64,000 nt of DNA from Callorhinchus milii (taxonomy: Eukaryota), in NCBI RefSeq assembly GCF_018977255.1, contig NW_024704743.1:15068001-15132000 (forward strand). The letters are read 5' to 3'. Position numbers and translations under genes: made by a program. Positions 38,466-53,367 of the stretch are shown one piece after another (the stretch's first letter is position 1; each line of letters begins with the position of its first letter). Under the pieces are notes generated by a model. It was given only the letters and a program-made list of their open reading frames with translations, ran no database searches and was not told where the DNA came from.

Positions 38466-39924
38466 GCCTACGTGCTGATGATGCTTGCACATCAGAGTTG
38501 TAATGGCTGTTTAAAGTTAAGTGCACATTAAATCGAAGGTGAAAAAACTCTGTGCAGCAGTGATGGTTTCAGATTTGATTTTGTCCATTTGTAGTCTGTT
38601 TAATTTTTAATATGGAATTAGTCTATAGTCAAATGCACTTTAGAATTGAGGTTTCCATATTTACTAATGGACATTTGTCCAAAGTAATCAATTTATTGCA
38701 TACCACATTGTGTGTTAGTCTGGCCTAGTTGGTAACACTCTTGCCTCTGATTCTGAAGGTTGTGGGTTCAAGCCCCACTTCTCAGCTTTGAACTGGTGTG
38801 ACACTCTGTTCAGGTGGATATTAAACATTGCAATCTTGCTTTGATTGGTGGTGTGGGGAGGGGGGGAGAGCTTGAAGATCATTGGACAAGGAATTCTGCA
38901 CATGCAGTATTACATTGTATATATGTTCCTGTTTTAAGTAGTTTGTGATGGAAGGGAAGGAAAAGCATTAAGCTGTACATTTCAGTCATGGTGTCATAAA
39001 AACAGCACTGAATTCATACTCAAGGTGCTGCATTGAGTATCAAATGTCCTTTCATTCAATTAGTGCATGAAGTTCAAATTAGAACCGGAGTACATGATGT
39101 CATCCCCTAACAAAGCAATGACCTCAAGAGAGAGAGTCCTGAAAGAGAGGATGCAATTGCATAATTGCATAGTTCCAAATAGCAAAATTTTAGAGGGAAA
39201 AGAAGCAATCTTTTGGGAAAATATTAATCTGTTAATTGTATTAATTGTATGTGACGAGAAGTGAAATAGGATATTTGGTGATTATGAATTGGGTTTTATC
39301 TGGAAACTGGTGCAACACAGTTGGCCTTCTGACTTAGGTGGAAACAATGTGCGGAAGGGTTCTCTGAAGGAAAACATGGTAAAATTTGTGGTCATTGAAT
39401 TAAAGCTGCATATACTTTGGATGAAACAGAGTTGTGTTTCTTTTAGTGTCTTAAAGCTCAGCAGTTCAATATTAAAATTACATTGCAAGAATGCATTGGA
39501 ACCAGATTTGCACACTGCTCTTTGGATGAGTAATATCGATATTGCCTGAAAGTAGTTCTTGCATAGTAGCAGAATTGAGCTTTAATTCTTTCCTTCTGAG
39601 ATTAATGTGGTCAAAACATGAATTTTTTAAAAAATTGGGCATTTAATTCACAACTGTTTGTTGGACATTGCTGTGCGCAGTTGGCTGCTGCATTTCACTC
39701 ACAAAATACACAATCAATTCACTTTGCAATATATTCTGTGAAGCAGTTTGAGACGTCTCAATGATGTGATAAGGTGATATTATAAAATGCAAGGATTATT
39801 ATTGTAGTGAATTAAGGTGGAATGATTAACTGGTTTCAAATATTTAAATGACAAAACAATTGTGACTAACATATACAGCCAGTCATGTCGCAGGTTTCTG
39901 GGAATTCCATAATTGCTCTGTAGC

Positions 39925-40402
39925 TTCAAGATCCTCATCCTCACCTACAAGGCCATTCACGGCCTTGCTCCCTCCTACCTCTCCAACCTACTATCCCCCT
40001 ACCTACCTGCCCGTACCCTCCGTTCCTCTGGCTCTGGTCTGCTCCACGTCCCCCGCCCAACGCCCTACCATCGGTGGTCGGCCTTCAGCCTCTCAGCCCC
40101 CAAGCTCTGGAACTCCATCCCCAGTGCCTTCGTCTTGCTTCCTCCCTTTCCTCCTTCAAGGCCGGTCTCAAAACCTTTCTCTTTGACCGTGCCTTCAGCT
40201 CCCCTCTCGACTCTCTTCCCCCTCCTTGCTCCCTCCCTTCCCTCACCCTAACCATTTCCCCCCTCCTCGCTCCCTCCCTTCCCTCCCCTCACCCTGACCA
40301 TTTCCCCCCTGCTCGGGTCATGACCCAACTGTGCAGCGCCTTGGGACGTCCTCCTGACGTGAAAGGCGCTTTATAAATGGAATCTTGTTGTTGTTGTTGT
40401 TG
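39925..40402 (+). mobile_element. Young L2 3' end with (GTT)n tail
   Basis: FKILILTYKAIHGLAPSYLS; nearly identical to the 11935 copy. Confidence 0.92.
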
Positions 40403-41234
40403 TAGGTATACTAGGTATTGCAAATTTTCAGGTTCTTAAACCCTGAGATACAACAGGGTATAAGTAGAATCAGGAATTTGTGTTCCGCCCATGCTGCAGA
40501 TTTCTTCTGCTTACAGAAACTTAGTCATCTGGATGAACTTTCATTACTATAATTTGATACTGAATTTTGTGCTGAGAACTTTCAAAAATATACATCAGAT
40601 CATGGACCAGTAGGTCTCAGGCTAAAATGAGCATTATTTTTATATACTACATAAAGAATGATCATAAGAAAGTTAAAACCAAAACAATAGACAAAATACT
40701 ACGCAAAACAATTTAGTCCTGAACTAGATAAACAGCAAAATACTTAACTTCCAACTTTACATGGAACAGAACTTTACTTCTAAGAAATACAGTTTTAGTA
40801 AATGAAAGTGTTTCTTCCAGCTTGTACAAAAGACTACAAAGTATTTTCCCTTCAAAATGGACGGGATACATTTTACGTACTCACGGATGGTTATTTAACG
40901 GTTTGGATGAACATTGTGTTCTATTACATAGTGCCTACTGTACTAATCATTTTACAAAACTGTGCTGGCTGTTTGGTAGAATGGCCTGTACTGGCCGAAT
41001 GTCTGAATTGTCCTAAGTTACAAAGTGTCAGATGTATAACTTCTACTTTTTCCTCTGATGTCCTTCCTTTTTCCTGCTCCATCAAACCACCAATCAAAGC
41101 AAAGGAGGGCATCCAGCTGTTTGAAAGCGGTACAATTTAAAATGTTAACGAATGCATACAATAAGGGCACCATCATTCAAGTTAAATCTGATGACATGTC
41201 AGTTAATAAAACCTACCTCTAGGAAGTTATCAAC

Positions 41235-41990
41235 GCCATCTCCTGCGGGGTTCTTCAGGGCTCTGTCCTTGGTCCCCTCCTCGTCAACAGCTATATGCTC
41301 TCTCTTGGTGACATCATCTGCAGACATGGGGTCAACTTCCACATGTATGCGGATGATACCCAACTCTCTCTCTCTGCTTCCACCCTTGACAACAGGACTA
41401 CTGCTGACCTGACAGAATGTCTGTCAGACATCAAGTCATGGATGAGAGGTAACTTTCTTCAGTTGAACGTCAACAAGACTGAGGCTCTCCTGATTGGTTC
41501 CCATCAGCACCACCACACCTCAGGCGCTGACAGTATCACCATCCATGGTTGCACACTCCACCTCACTAAGCCAGTCCGGAACCTTAAGGTCTTGTTTGAC
41601 CCTCAACTATCTTTTCTACCTCACATCGCATCCGCATCATCGCCCGGCTCCGACATTGTCTCACACCGCAGGCCGCTGAAACTCTCATACGTGCTTTCAT
41701 TACATCGAGGCTCGACTATGTGAAATCACTGCTTGTTGGCCTCCCCAACTCCTCCCTCCACAGGCTGCAGATCATCCAGAACTCTGAAGCCTGTGTCCTC
41801 TCCCGCACTAGGCTCCGCGACTCTATCACCCCCATCCTTGCCCAACTGCACTTGATACAGTTCAAGATCCTGGTCCTCGCCTTCAAAGCCCTCCACAGTC
41901 TTGCTCCCCCCTACCACTCTGACCTCCTAACCCCCACCACCCTGTTTGCTCCCTCCGTTCAGCAGGCTCTGGCCTGCTTGCCCCATGTCC
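41235..41990 (+). mobile_element. L2 fragment (RT)
   Basis: [14 protein letters not shown] motif. Confidence 0.88.
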
Positions 41991-42709
41991 ATTCTCCGTA
42001 CACAAGGCCAAATATCTCAACTGAAGGACATCATTGCTATAAGGCTCCAAAGTAATTTTACAATCTGTGGTAACTTCCAATCTGCTAGGACCTTTCTTTC
42101 ATCCAGACAAGTTTTGAGAGTATTCAGTTCTTTTGAGGACATATTCTTCTCATATTTTTCTCTCTTACCCTACCCCTCTCAGCTGAGAAGGTTGAACTTC
42201 AAACAGCGATCAGTGGAACTCGAAGCCAGAATACTGGAGACATCCCATCTCAAGCAGAACAACTTTAGATTGCTGGAGTCACATACGGTTGAACCAGTTT
42301 TGTTATTGCTGCCTTCACTGTTTGCTTGGAGGTTAAAAGGCGGATATCAACAGTGGAATGTGTAATGCCATTGTATCGGTGATGGAAGCCTGGTAGAACC
42401 TTTAGCTGAACTGAAATAACATCAGAGGAAGCTGGAAGAAAAAGCAATGTCATTTGTTTTCCAGCCACAGCAAGAGGCCTTCTTGAGTTATTTATGTATT
42501 GGGCCAATTGGTTAAAGGCTTAACCAAACTTTCTGTATAAAAGTATCAGTTCCTCGATTTGAGTGTTCTTTGTGCAAGAGTAGGCATAACTCAAACTCAG
42601 AATGATGGGTACTTTAAACCAATATAAGATTCCAGCAGAAGCTTTTAAATCATTTACATGCTTCAGAATTGGAAGTGCCTAATGGTTGCTGTGCCATGTT
42701 AAGTAGAGC

Positions 42710-43048
42710 CGTGGAGTCCTGTAGCTCAGTGGTTAGAGCACTCGCTTTGCAAGTGAGAGACCTGAGTTCAATTCCAGGCAGGTCAGGGCGAAACCTTGGG
42801 CAAGTTTCGTTACTCCACACAGAGCCTAATAATAATCCCTCCAAAAAACAAAAACAATAATAAATTGGTCATTTTCAATCCACGACTGTTTGTGGGACAT
42901 TGCTGTGCGCAATTGGCTGCCGCGTTCGCCCTCAAATATACAGTCAATTCACTTTACAGTATATTCTGTGAAGCGCTTTGGGACGTCCTCCCGACGTGAA
43001 AAGCGCTATATCAAATGCAAGGATTATTATTATTATTATTATTGTTAT
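42710..43048 (+). mobile_element. Young tRNA-derived SINE, full length, (ATT)n tail
   Basis: A box TAGCTCAGTGG, B box GAGTTCAATTCC, L2-like 3' stem-loop and (ATT)n. Confidence 0.92.
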
Positions 43049-44144
43049 TAAGTATTGAAAGCTTTCAACTTGTTGAGTTTGCAAACAAAATTCTGTTGGA
43101 GAAATGTTCTCATTCCAGCATGATCGAAAGCGTCAGTTACTTACTCGTACGTTTAAATAGCATGACTGGATGTCAGGCTTACTCTGCAGCATATAAGGGG
43201 CACAAGTACGGATGAGGTTCTAGCATATCTAAGAACTGTAGTATCAAAGTAATTGATATATGTAATTGTATTCTTACAGTCAATGTTCAGGAAGTAACTT
43301 GGAAGATGGTTGATATGAAGGGTGTGCTTTACCCAAACACTTGGGCTTAAATTTGCTCGTCAGGTCCTGTCTTTGGAGGAGAGGAAGAAATTGGCTGGTT
43401 TTATAGTGACTTGATCTACACTGGTTTTGCAGTGTTCCAAGCCCTATGTTTATATTGAGATTGCAATCAGGGATCCAATAAAAATTAATGGTTAGAATTG
43501 TAATTATGTTTTTTTGGATACTTTTTTAAAGTGTTGTTGTTGAACCATGACGAATAATATAACTTGCATTTATATAGCACAATAAAAAACAATCTTGAAG
43601 CAATTCACAAAACAAGATCAATTATAAGTCCAATTTAATTAGTTACCATTGCTAGCACCAAGTTGAATGTCTTCCTCAGTATCTCAATGCTGGAGAGCTG
43701 AATTGGCAGCAGTGGAGATGAACGATTATTCAATATGCAACAAGCATCAGCTTTCTTGTCGTGACTTATTGACTTTAATGATCCGTTGTGCCCCTCTTAT
43801 TGGAATAAAGAATTTTAACATACAAATATTTAAGCATTGAGAAAACAAAGTTCTTACAACTACCCTTTTTGTAGCTGTTGAATTTTTAATAAACTTTTGA
43901 ACGTTTTGCTTTGCCAGCAAGCAGGCAAACACTTGTTTTTGTTGAGGCTTGTGACTAAATAGGCATACCAAAGCCATGTTCCTCTTGTGGGAACAGGTAT
44001 TTGGGAGTAGAACAACTGTTTTTATTTTGCTACTTTTTATAACTGGAGATTCAAGATAGTGATGCCTGAAAACAATGTGGCAAGAAAACAATTACATGAC
44101 ACAACAAGCCTTAGGCATGAAAATACTTTTAGTGTTTGGAATGA

Positions 44145-45240
44145 TGCTTATCTCTCTTCTAGCCCACAGACCGTCTCGTGTGGCGTTCCTCAGGGCTCTG
44201 TTCTTGGTCCCCTCCGCTTCAACATCTATGGTGACATCATCCGCAGACATGGGGTCAACTTCCACATGTATGCGGATTATGCCCAACTCTACCTCTCTGC
44301 CTCCACCCTTGACTCCAGAACTACTGCTGTGTTGACAGAATGTCTGTCAGACATCAAGTCCTGGATGAGAGCTAACTTTCTAGTTGAACGTCAACAAGAC
44401 CGAGGCTGTCCTGTGGCTTCTGTCAGCGTCTCCACACCTCAGGCGCTGACAGTATCACTGTCCATGGTTGCACACTCCACCTTGTTAAGCCAGTCCGGAG
44501 GCTTGGGGTCTTGTTTGACCCTCAACTATCCTTTCTATTCCACATTTGCGCCATGAGCCGATCTGCCTTCCCCCACCTCCGCAACGTCGCCCGGCTCCGC
44601 CACTGTCTCACACTGCAGGCCACCGAGACCCTCATACATGCATTCATTACATTGAGGCTCGACTATGCAAACTCACTGCTTGTCGGCCTCTCCAAATCCT
44701 CCCTCCACATGCTGCAGATTATCCAGAACTCTGCAGCCCATGTCCTTCCCACACTGGCTCCACGACCCTATCACCCCCATCTTTGCCCAAATCCACTGGC
44801 TTCCCATCACACAGAGGATACAGTTCAAGATCCTGGTCCTCACCTTCAAAGCCCTCCATGGTCTTGCTCCCCTCTATCTCTCCGACCTCCTAACCCCCTA
44901 CCACCCTGTTCACTCCCTCGACTCAGCGGGCTCTGGCCTGCTTCTCGTCCCCCGCCTTGCTCGCTCCACTATCGGCGGGCGGACCTTTCTCCACTCTGCC
45001 CCACCCTCTGGAACTCCATCCCGCAGTCTCTCCGTCTCGCTCCCTCCCTCGCCACCTTCAAGACCCACCTCAAGACCCTCCTCTTCGACCGTGCTTTCAA
45101 TCTCCCTGCTTCCTCCCCTGCCCTTCCCCCTCCCTCATCCCGAACCTCAGTTCAGGTCCGAAACTCTGTCTGTCCAGAGCCTTGGGATGTCCTCCCGACG
45201 TGAAAGGCGCTATATAAATGTAATTTTCTTGTTGTTGTTG
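44145..45240 (+). mobile_element. L2 fragment (RT to 3' tail)
   Basis: GVPQGSVLGPL, HMYADYAQLY, HWLPITQRIQFK and (GTT)n. Confidence 0.9.
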
Positions 45241-47156
45241 TATCAAATCACAAATACATGATAATTATCTCTACAGTATTTGTAAGAGAACATTTTCATA
45301 TCTCCATTGAAACTGGCGTATTGGATGGCTATCATTTACATGGACTTGTAGAGTCTGATAAAGTTATACACACCAGACTTTTAAAGAATCATAGAACTTT
45401 ACAGCACTGGAGGAGACTATTCAGTGCCTCAAGTCTGCATTGTCTCTCAGAGCAAGCTGTCTATTCAAGCCTGCTGCCCTGTCCTATCCCCATAACCCTT
45501 CCGCATCCCAACAGCTCTGTGTGAAAATACTTCTCCTTAGCCCTCCTTTCCTTCTTCAGTATATCTATATCGTCTTGTCACTGGCTCCACTTCCTGAGAT
45601 AATGGTAAAATAGCTAGTTGGATTAAAAAGGTGATAAGCAATTGAAAGCAACAACAATAAATTACAATTGTATGGCGCCTTTCACGTCAGGAGGAAGTCC
45701 CAATGTAATTTGTTGTTGCAGAAAGTTATGATCAATAGCCATGGAGAGAGAAATTTCCTTCTGCGAGAATCTGGTCTTGGCTGTTCACAATATTCAAGTG
45801 ATTTACAAATGAGAGCTTCTTGTAATATATCATTTACTGAAGAAGTCAATCTGTATGAAAAGATGACTAATAGCAGAATAAATAGCATTTCCAAAGATCT
45901 GGACCAATTAAATAGATGGGCCAAGGTGTTGCAGATGGATTTTAATGTAGATAAATATAAGTTAATGCCCATTAAAATAAATTGTAGTTCAAAAACTAAG
46001 TGGTATCCATTAGCAGATTTGGAAAAGGGTGTCTCTATGATTATTGATCATTCGCGAAAGGATTTCAGTCAATGTAAAGCTGGTGTCAACAACGCTAATC
46101 AAATATTTGTAAGAGAACAATTGGGCTACATTTTGAGATATTTGACGTTAAGAAAGATTTTTTAAAAAAAAACAAAGGGATGATTAGGATAAGTATTTGC
46201 TTGATACCGTTGGTATCAATTGGAGACTAAATTACTGGTTTTCACGGTTTCTCTTTACGGAATTGACTATTTCAAAGGTTGATTGGTTGCTAAATTTATG
46301 ATGTTTTTAGGAGAAATAATCCTGAACACATTAGCAGATCAACAGTTTCATTTTAAAAATGTTTTAATAATTCTTTAATTCTGTATGCCTTTTATGTTAC
46401 AACTTTATTAATGTCTACAGCTTGATCAAATCATTCATAGCTCTATTATTTGCTTCTTAGTCCGTCTGGCAGCTGGGTATTTTGATGGAACAATCTTGTG
46501 GAATGGGAGGGAAGGGAAATGATCTCATTCAGCTTGCTGCACTCAATACTTACCTCATACTTGCTGATCAAGGACGACCAGACTGGCTGTTCAGTAATCC
46601 TTGGTCATTTCGGAAATAAGGAAGCACATGTGAGGGAACAAAATACAGAACCTGATGAAGTGGTCTCTGAAAATCTTCTCAAATATATGCGTCATCTTTA
46701 TTTTAGAATTCAAATCTCAATATTTCCTAAAATCTTATCTACATTACAATAAAATGTAACAAAATATGGGTACTTTGCCAGAATGCTTATTAAAATGATG
46801 CTTGTGAACATACTTGCATTAATGTGGTTTAAATCTTATTTTGTACGTTAATCTTTAGAGCAGTAAATGTCTACTTTTTCCCCCAAATATGTAATGACTT
46901 TCAGTGTTAAGGAACTAATGAAATTATGTTGCTTTTATTGGATGTAGTGGCTCCTACAGTCATCCTTTAAACTCAAAAGTGAAGTGTTACTGATAATAGA
47001 GAAGGTTATGAACAGTTAGTAAACTTCAAAAGGAATGATAGTGTGCAATAAAATAGTTGTAAATATTTATCTGGACACAGATTTATCCTTCTGTGATGAT
47101 TCCTTTTTCCCCCTCTGCTGGGTATTGCATAGCTCTGTGGACTGTAAATATAACTG

Positions 47157-47886
47157 TGGAGTCCTGTAGCTCAGTGGTTAAGAGCACTTGCCGTGCAAGC
47201 GAGACACCTGGGTTTAATTCCAGGCAGGTCAGGGCGAAACCTTGGGCAAGTTTCCTTACTCCACACGCCTAATAATAATCCCTCCAAAACAAAATAATAA
47301 ATTGGTCATTTTCAATCCACGACTGTTTGTGAGACACTGCTGTGAGCAATTGGCTGCCGAGTTTCGCCCACAAATATACGGTCAATTCACTTTACAGCAA
47401 AATCTGAAGCGATTTAAGATGTCTAGAGGTGCTATATCAAATCATAGAATTGTACAGCACAAAAAGAGGCCATTTGACCCATCGAGTCTGTGCCGGCTCT
47501 TTGAAAAGAGCTCTTTGAAATGCAAGGATTATTATTATTATTTGTTGTAACTGGTTCTCAACTAAACTCCTTGTGGAGTCCTGTAGCTCAGTGGTTAGAG
47601 CACTCGCTTTGCAAGCGAGAGACCTGAGTTCAATTCCAGGCAGGTCAGGGCGAAACCTTGGGCAAGTTTCCTTACTCCACACGCCTAATAATAATACCTC
47701 CAAAAACAATAATAAATTGGTCATTTTCAATCCACGACTGTTTGTGGGACACTGTTGTGCGCAATTGGCTGCCGCGTTCGCCCACAAATATACAGTCAAT
47801 TCACTTTACAGTGTGTTCTGTGAAGCGCTTTGCGACCTCCTCCCGACGTAAAAAGCGCTATATCAAATGCAAGGATTATTATTATT
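47157..47886 (+). mobile_element. Two tandem copies of the young tRNA-SINE
   Basis: Heads at 47157 and 47573; same body as the 42710 copy. Confidence 0.9.
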
Positions 47887-47959
47887 GTGTTTAGAACATT
47901 GTACTGTCCAAAAATATCCCAGGAAAAATCCAAATTAAACAAAAGTCAGAGAGTCTCAA

Positions 47960-48365
47960 CCTGACGCAGTTGGTAGCACATTTTCTTCTGAATCACAAGG
48001 TGGTGGATTCAAGCTTTATGTTTGAGATTTTGAACTTGGGTTGTCTAGGCTGACACTCTTCAGTGCAGGGCTGGGGGTGTATTGCATTATCAGAGGTGCC
48101 GTACATCGGATGAGATGTTAAACTGAGGTCCTGTTTCTTTAGGTGGACGTTAAAGATCCCATGGGAAGGGAGTTTCTCCCGTTGTGCTGGCCAATAATCC
48201 CTGAAACAAAGTTAGTCATTTGCTTCATGGCTGTTTGTGGGACACTGCTGTGTGCCGAAGGGTTGCTGCATTTGCCTACAAATACGAAGTCACTACAATT
48301 TACAGTAAATTCTGGGAAGCCCTTTGAGGCAACTTGACAACATGAAATGCAAGATTTATTATTAT
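47960..48365 (+). mobile_element. Older tRNA-SINE (same family as 21795)
   Basis: Collinear with the 21795 copy. Confidence 0.72.
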
Positions 48366-51300
48366 TTATGAATAATAATCTTTAGTTGTTTGAAAGCCCC
48401 CATTTTTAAAGTTTCTAAATGACTGAAAAGATTTAGACATCAATTTTAAGAGTTCAAATTTAAAATTCTTACCTGGATAAGAAAGCACATGAGGCAGCAA
48501 TGATACTTGCTATTTATCTATCTGGATATACACGTTGAATGTTTTTTTTGTTATCTATTTACCCAGTGATGCATACAATAGATGAGAGTACTTCCCCATG
48601 TTTGCAGGAACTCTGAATCAACTGCACTGTAAACAAATAACCCTTTTACTTCTTTGTTCCAAAGCTGCAGTGCAACGCATTGAGCTGGTTGCAAACTTTT
48701 ACAGATTTTTAACTTTTCTAGATTTAACACTTCTAGATTTTCAACAGATGGGAGCAATTTTATGTTTTACAAATTACGTCATTATGCTAATATGAGTAAA
48801 TTATATCATTGTATTAAAAGTGTGACTGGTTTGATAGATAAGTGAATGTGTTCTACTTGCTTTGATAGGAACCCCGTATAGCTTTTTTTTAATCAGTCTT
48901 GTCAGTAATCGTGTGTATTTTGCTTTTGTTTAATACTGCCTCTAATTTTCTGTAGCTCAATCACTTCCATCATATACATGTACTGTAGCACTATGCATTC
49001 ATCCTGTAGCTCTTAACTGTGGTATGCTCTGAATCAGAAAATTGAGGCCATTATTACCAGTCTAATCTAATCAAATACAGGAAATGTTTGGACATATGTA
49101 GCTAATATGCAGTGAATATTGATGCCACATCAATAGAGCAGGTTAAATAGGTTAAATTGTTCTACCATAGATCTTAACATTCTGAGTCCTGACAAAGGGA
49201 TGTTGACAAATTTTAAACCCAAGGTTGGTGTTTGAGATGAAAGTGCAATTTATCCCTTTTTGCTTTTCGAACCTTTTTAAAAAGTCAAAATGTACAACCT
49301 TTTGTAATGACCTTGCAGGCCAGATGTACTACCAGAATGTTTAGGTCTGTGCGGACATTATCTTATTTGTGCCTTTTAGACATACAGTAATGGCTGCAAT
49401 GAACCCTTGTACAGTATGTCAGGAAACCATGCTCTCTCATGAGTACTTACAGTGGCTACTGGGACATTGGTAGATTCTGGGAGACATAACATAACATGTA
49501 GGAGCAGGAGTAGGCCATTCGGCCCTTCGAGCCTGCCCCGCCATTCAATCATGGCTGATCTTCTAATCTAATTCCAGCTAATAACCTGACCCTGCCTCAT
49601 CCCCATATCCCTTAATACCTTAATGGGGTTTGACTTAACATTTTTTGTATGCACTAATCTTTTAGCCACTATGTAACCATTTCTGATATTTTGTTTGAGG
49701 CATCTGTTGGGGTACCCTGTTATGACATCCTTCAATACACTCTGACTCGTTTATAAGGTTATTACAGGCTTCCACATGTAAAAATCTAGAACAGTATGCC
49801 ACCATATTCCTATACGTCAGAAATTTTCGTGCTGCATCACCATGTAACTAATTCATTGAAGTATACCTCAATCTTCAAACATAACCACAATCTTCTGTTT
49901 CATTTTTATTATCTCCACTTGTTGAATACTGTAAATTTAATGTTCTTAGGATAAGAACAAATGTTACAGTAGGAAATTTCAAATTTGCTAATTTTTTCTG
50001 TGATTCCAGTTGTACATTATTTGGGAATTATTGCACTAAATTGACTACATTAGGAACAATGTGAAATGTTTGGGCACTGAACTTGAAAGTTTGTCATGAC
50101 ATAATGATATTTAAACGTTACTGGGCGCTGGTTAAATGAATTGCGTACTATAATAAAATTGTGGTTTCGGCATTGCTGGCCTGCAGAGACTCTTCTCAAG
50201 TTTAGTCATAATTTGTAAACAAATGTGCATTTGTATTTTTTTGTCATTAAATAAGCCCACTTGGTCTGCTTCTGTACATTCTCTCTGATAAGGATACAGA
50301 GGCAGCCTCCTGGGGGTGGGGAAGATGGAAATGCACAGCTGCAACACTGTTTCCAGATGCGAGGTCTAGTTCAGGGAGAGGCAGTGCTTTTTCTTTTTAC
50401 CAGTAATTTAAAGTATATTATCAAAAGATTGTGGTAATATTACTGTGAAAGCAATCATTCTAGACATCTGAAGGGCTGTTATCTTTACTTTAGGGTAATG
50501 TAAACTTGTATTTTAACAGTTTCACCCTATTTTGATCAGTGCTGCTTAGATTCGTTCCTTTTTAGGTCTAATTTTTTATATGAGAGAGTGGATAAGTAAC
50601 CTGTTCTGAGACCTCAGCTAATGATGTTTCTAATCATGATATTGGACTACAACACAAATTGAATGGTTAAGGTGCTTCGAGAGAATGTGACACAGGTTTG
50701 ATAATTGTTTAGCAGTGGATGGTAGAGCAGGGCGCAGTGAGATTGGACCTCGGAAATAACAGCCACAATAAGAGTTTAAAGTCAGTGTTACTTATAGAGA
50801 AAGCGAAGCATTCAACACAGTCTCTCAACTCTAGGAAAGCAGATTTAAGAGACTGAGGATGAAACTATGAGTACTTGAGAAAATCAGATTGCAAGAAGAG
50901 AGCACAGAGAAAATATGATCCTGAAAATACAAAGCATCCACCACAAGTCTAAAGTCAATGAAGGCACCATATTGCAATTGGATAATTGCATTACTATTTA
51001 AGAAGTGGCAATGAAATGGGTTGTGTTCTCGTTATATTTACTACAGCAACTGCTAATTGTATTTATATAGTGCCTTGATTCAGGTTGACATCTCGGAGAG
51101 CTAGCAGTGGCGGAGTTTGACCTCAAAATACAGATGAAATGGAGAGGTATCAGAGAATTTGAGAATGGAAAACATACCACAAATTACGAAAAAGGGTGAA
51201 GTACTCACTTCGCAGCTAAGATCAATTGTAAGGAAATTATTGGAGGGCATCTTGAAAAAGGCAGAATAGAATAATATAGAACTATAAGATGGGAATTAAG

Positions 51301-51898
51301 GAGATTATTTATACGTTGAATTCTTTGAAGATAATGATGGAAGTTGTAAACAAAGGGAAGTCGCAAGGGGCAATTGTAAATATGAAGGAGCAGACTGCCA
51401 AAAGTGTAATAATAATAATCCTTGCATTTGATATACACAGTCATTTCACTTTACTATATTCTGTGAAGTGCTTTGAGATGACATAAGGTGCTGTATCAAA
51501 TGCAAGGATTGTTATATTATTATATATAAAAATAGTGCTGTGTATGTTGCTGAAACAGTGAAAAGGAAGGCAATGGAGGCACATTGTCTCAGCAAATAAA
51601 AAGAGGGTAAAAGACAAGTTATTTGACAAAGAAATTGATTGAGTGGTGTGAGGAATGAGAATATTTTTTTCTTAGAGATTGCTCAGATGAACCAAATGGC
51701 CTTTTCCAGTATTAGGTAATCCTAAGTGAGGTAATTGTTGTTCTGGTCAATTGGTTCGATTTTGTGAAACTTATGAAAGGGTGGGATCCAGTGACTTTGT
51801 TTGTAGAAGAGCAATGAGAATGATAGAGTCTAGAGGTACATAGGCTATTGGGTGGCGCGAGTTGAGCTGAACCCTTTCGCATTGGAGGAAAATTTGGT

Positions 51899-52252
51899 AG
51901 AGTCCTGTAGCTTTGTGGTTAGAGCACTCACCTCCAAACGAGATGACCTGGGGTCGATTCCCAGGTTGGGCAAGTTTCTTACTCCACACGCCTCTGTTAA
52001 CCTAGCAGTAAGTAGGAACCCGGTTGTTAGTCGATTGGCGGATTGCTTTTCCGGAGGTAATCCTTCAAAATAAATAAAAATAACTTGGTCATTCAATCCA
52101 TGACTATTTGTGGGACACTGCTGTGTGCAATTGGTTGCCACATTTTGCCCACAAAATATACAGTTATTTAACTTTACAGTATATTCTGTGAAGTGCTTTG
52201 AGACGTCTCGAAGATGTGATAAGGCACTATATCAAATGGAAGGATTATTATT
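51899..52252 (+). mobile_element. tRNA-SINE, long subfamily
   Basis: Same head and tail plus an extra central segment (ctgttaacctagcagtaagtaggaacc...). Confidence 0.88.
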
Positions 52253-53046
52253 TTTTATAAAGCTCGAATTCCTGCTGACTTTGAACAAATGACTTATATA
52301 AAACCATATCCTTGACTTTTGTGTTGCAGTTACAGTCCTAATTATAACTTGTACTTGGCTCAATTTTACATTTCAGAGCTTATATTTGATTCAATGCTGT
52401 CACTCCACCATACTAAAATAAAACCCACAAGAAACATCTTTGTGATTAAAAAAAAGAAAAATAGAAGCTTTCTTCATGTGATTTGGTTGGATTTTGTTCC
52501 TCCCTACTATTTCTGGGTACATTTTAAAATATAGCAAATGTTAATTTAGTGTCAGCTTTTTATACCTGACCAACAGTTGAGTCAACTGTTGTGTGTGAAC
52601 TACACGTCCAATCTTGTTTTCCTCTCTGTGTTATTTTCCTTGAATTTTTTAATTTCCACAATTGGTATTGACAACATCCTTCGTTTTTTTGTTCAGTTTT
52701 TCTCTCCTCTCCTAAAGAAAACTCTGAGTCGATAGGTCAGCAGATTGTAATCTCCAATGTTGTACATGTCAGCTGTAATTTGATACTGGAAAATGTAGCA
52801 TATGGTGCAAAAGGCAGACACATTTATAAAGGTATGGTGGTGTGGTTGACTGCGCAAAAGGTAACTGGAAGGGAGGGTGTTTAAAGTGGCATAAATGCAA
52901 ACAAAGAAATGAACAAAACACTCCCAAACCAAAGTAAAAGGTGGATGTTTTTCAGATTTAAAAAAAATCTTTTGAATGCATTATATCATCTTTGCTATCC
53001 TTTGCCTGTAATTTGTTTTTTTAATGAACAATTTCCAATCACAATG

Positions 53047-53367
53047 TGGAGTCCTGTAGCTCAGTGGTTAGAGCACTCGCTTTGCAAGCGAGAGACCTGA
53101 GTTCAATTCCAGGCAGGGGGAAACCTTGGGAAAGTTTCCTTACTCCACACGCCTAATAATAATCCCTCCAAAAACCAAAAAAAATAATAAAAATTGGTCA
53201 TTTTCAATCTACGATTGTTTGTGGGACATTGCTGTGCGCAATTGGCTGCCGCGTTCGCCCACAAATATACAGTCAATTCACTTTACAGTGTGTTCTGTGA
53301 AGCGCTTTGGGATGTCCTCTCGACGTGAAAAGCGCTATATCAAATGCAAGGATTATTATTATTATTA
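53047..53367 (+). mobile_element. Young tRNA-SINE, short subfamily
   Basis: Near-identical to the 42710 and 47573 copies. Confidence 0.92.

Noticed and set aside
42710..42790. tRNA gene-like A/B boxes (many copies)
   Set aside because: These are SINE heads that continue into the SINE body and lack a complete cloverleaf.
46645..46690. CTGATGAAG...CTGAAA hammerhead-like core
   Set aside because: Stems I and III cannot be formed.
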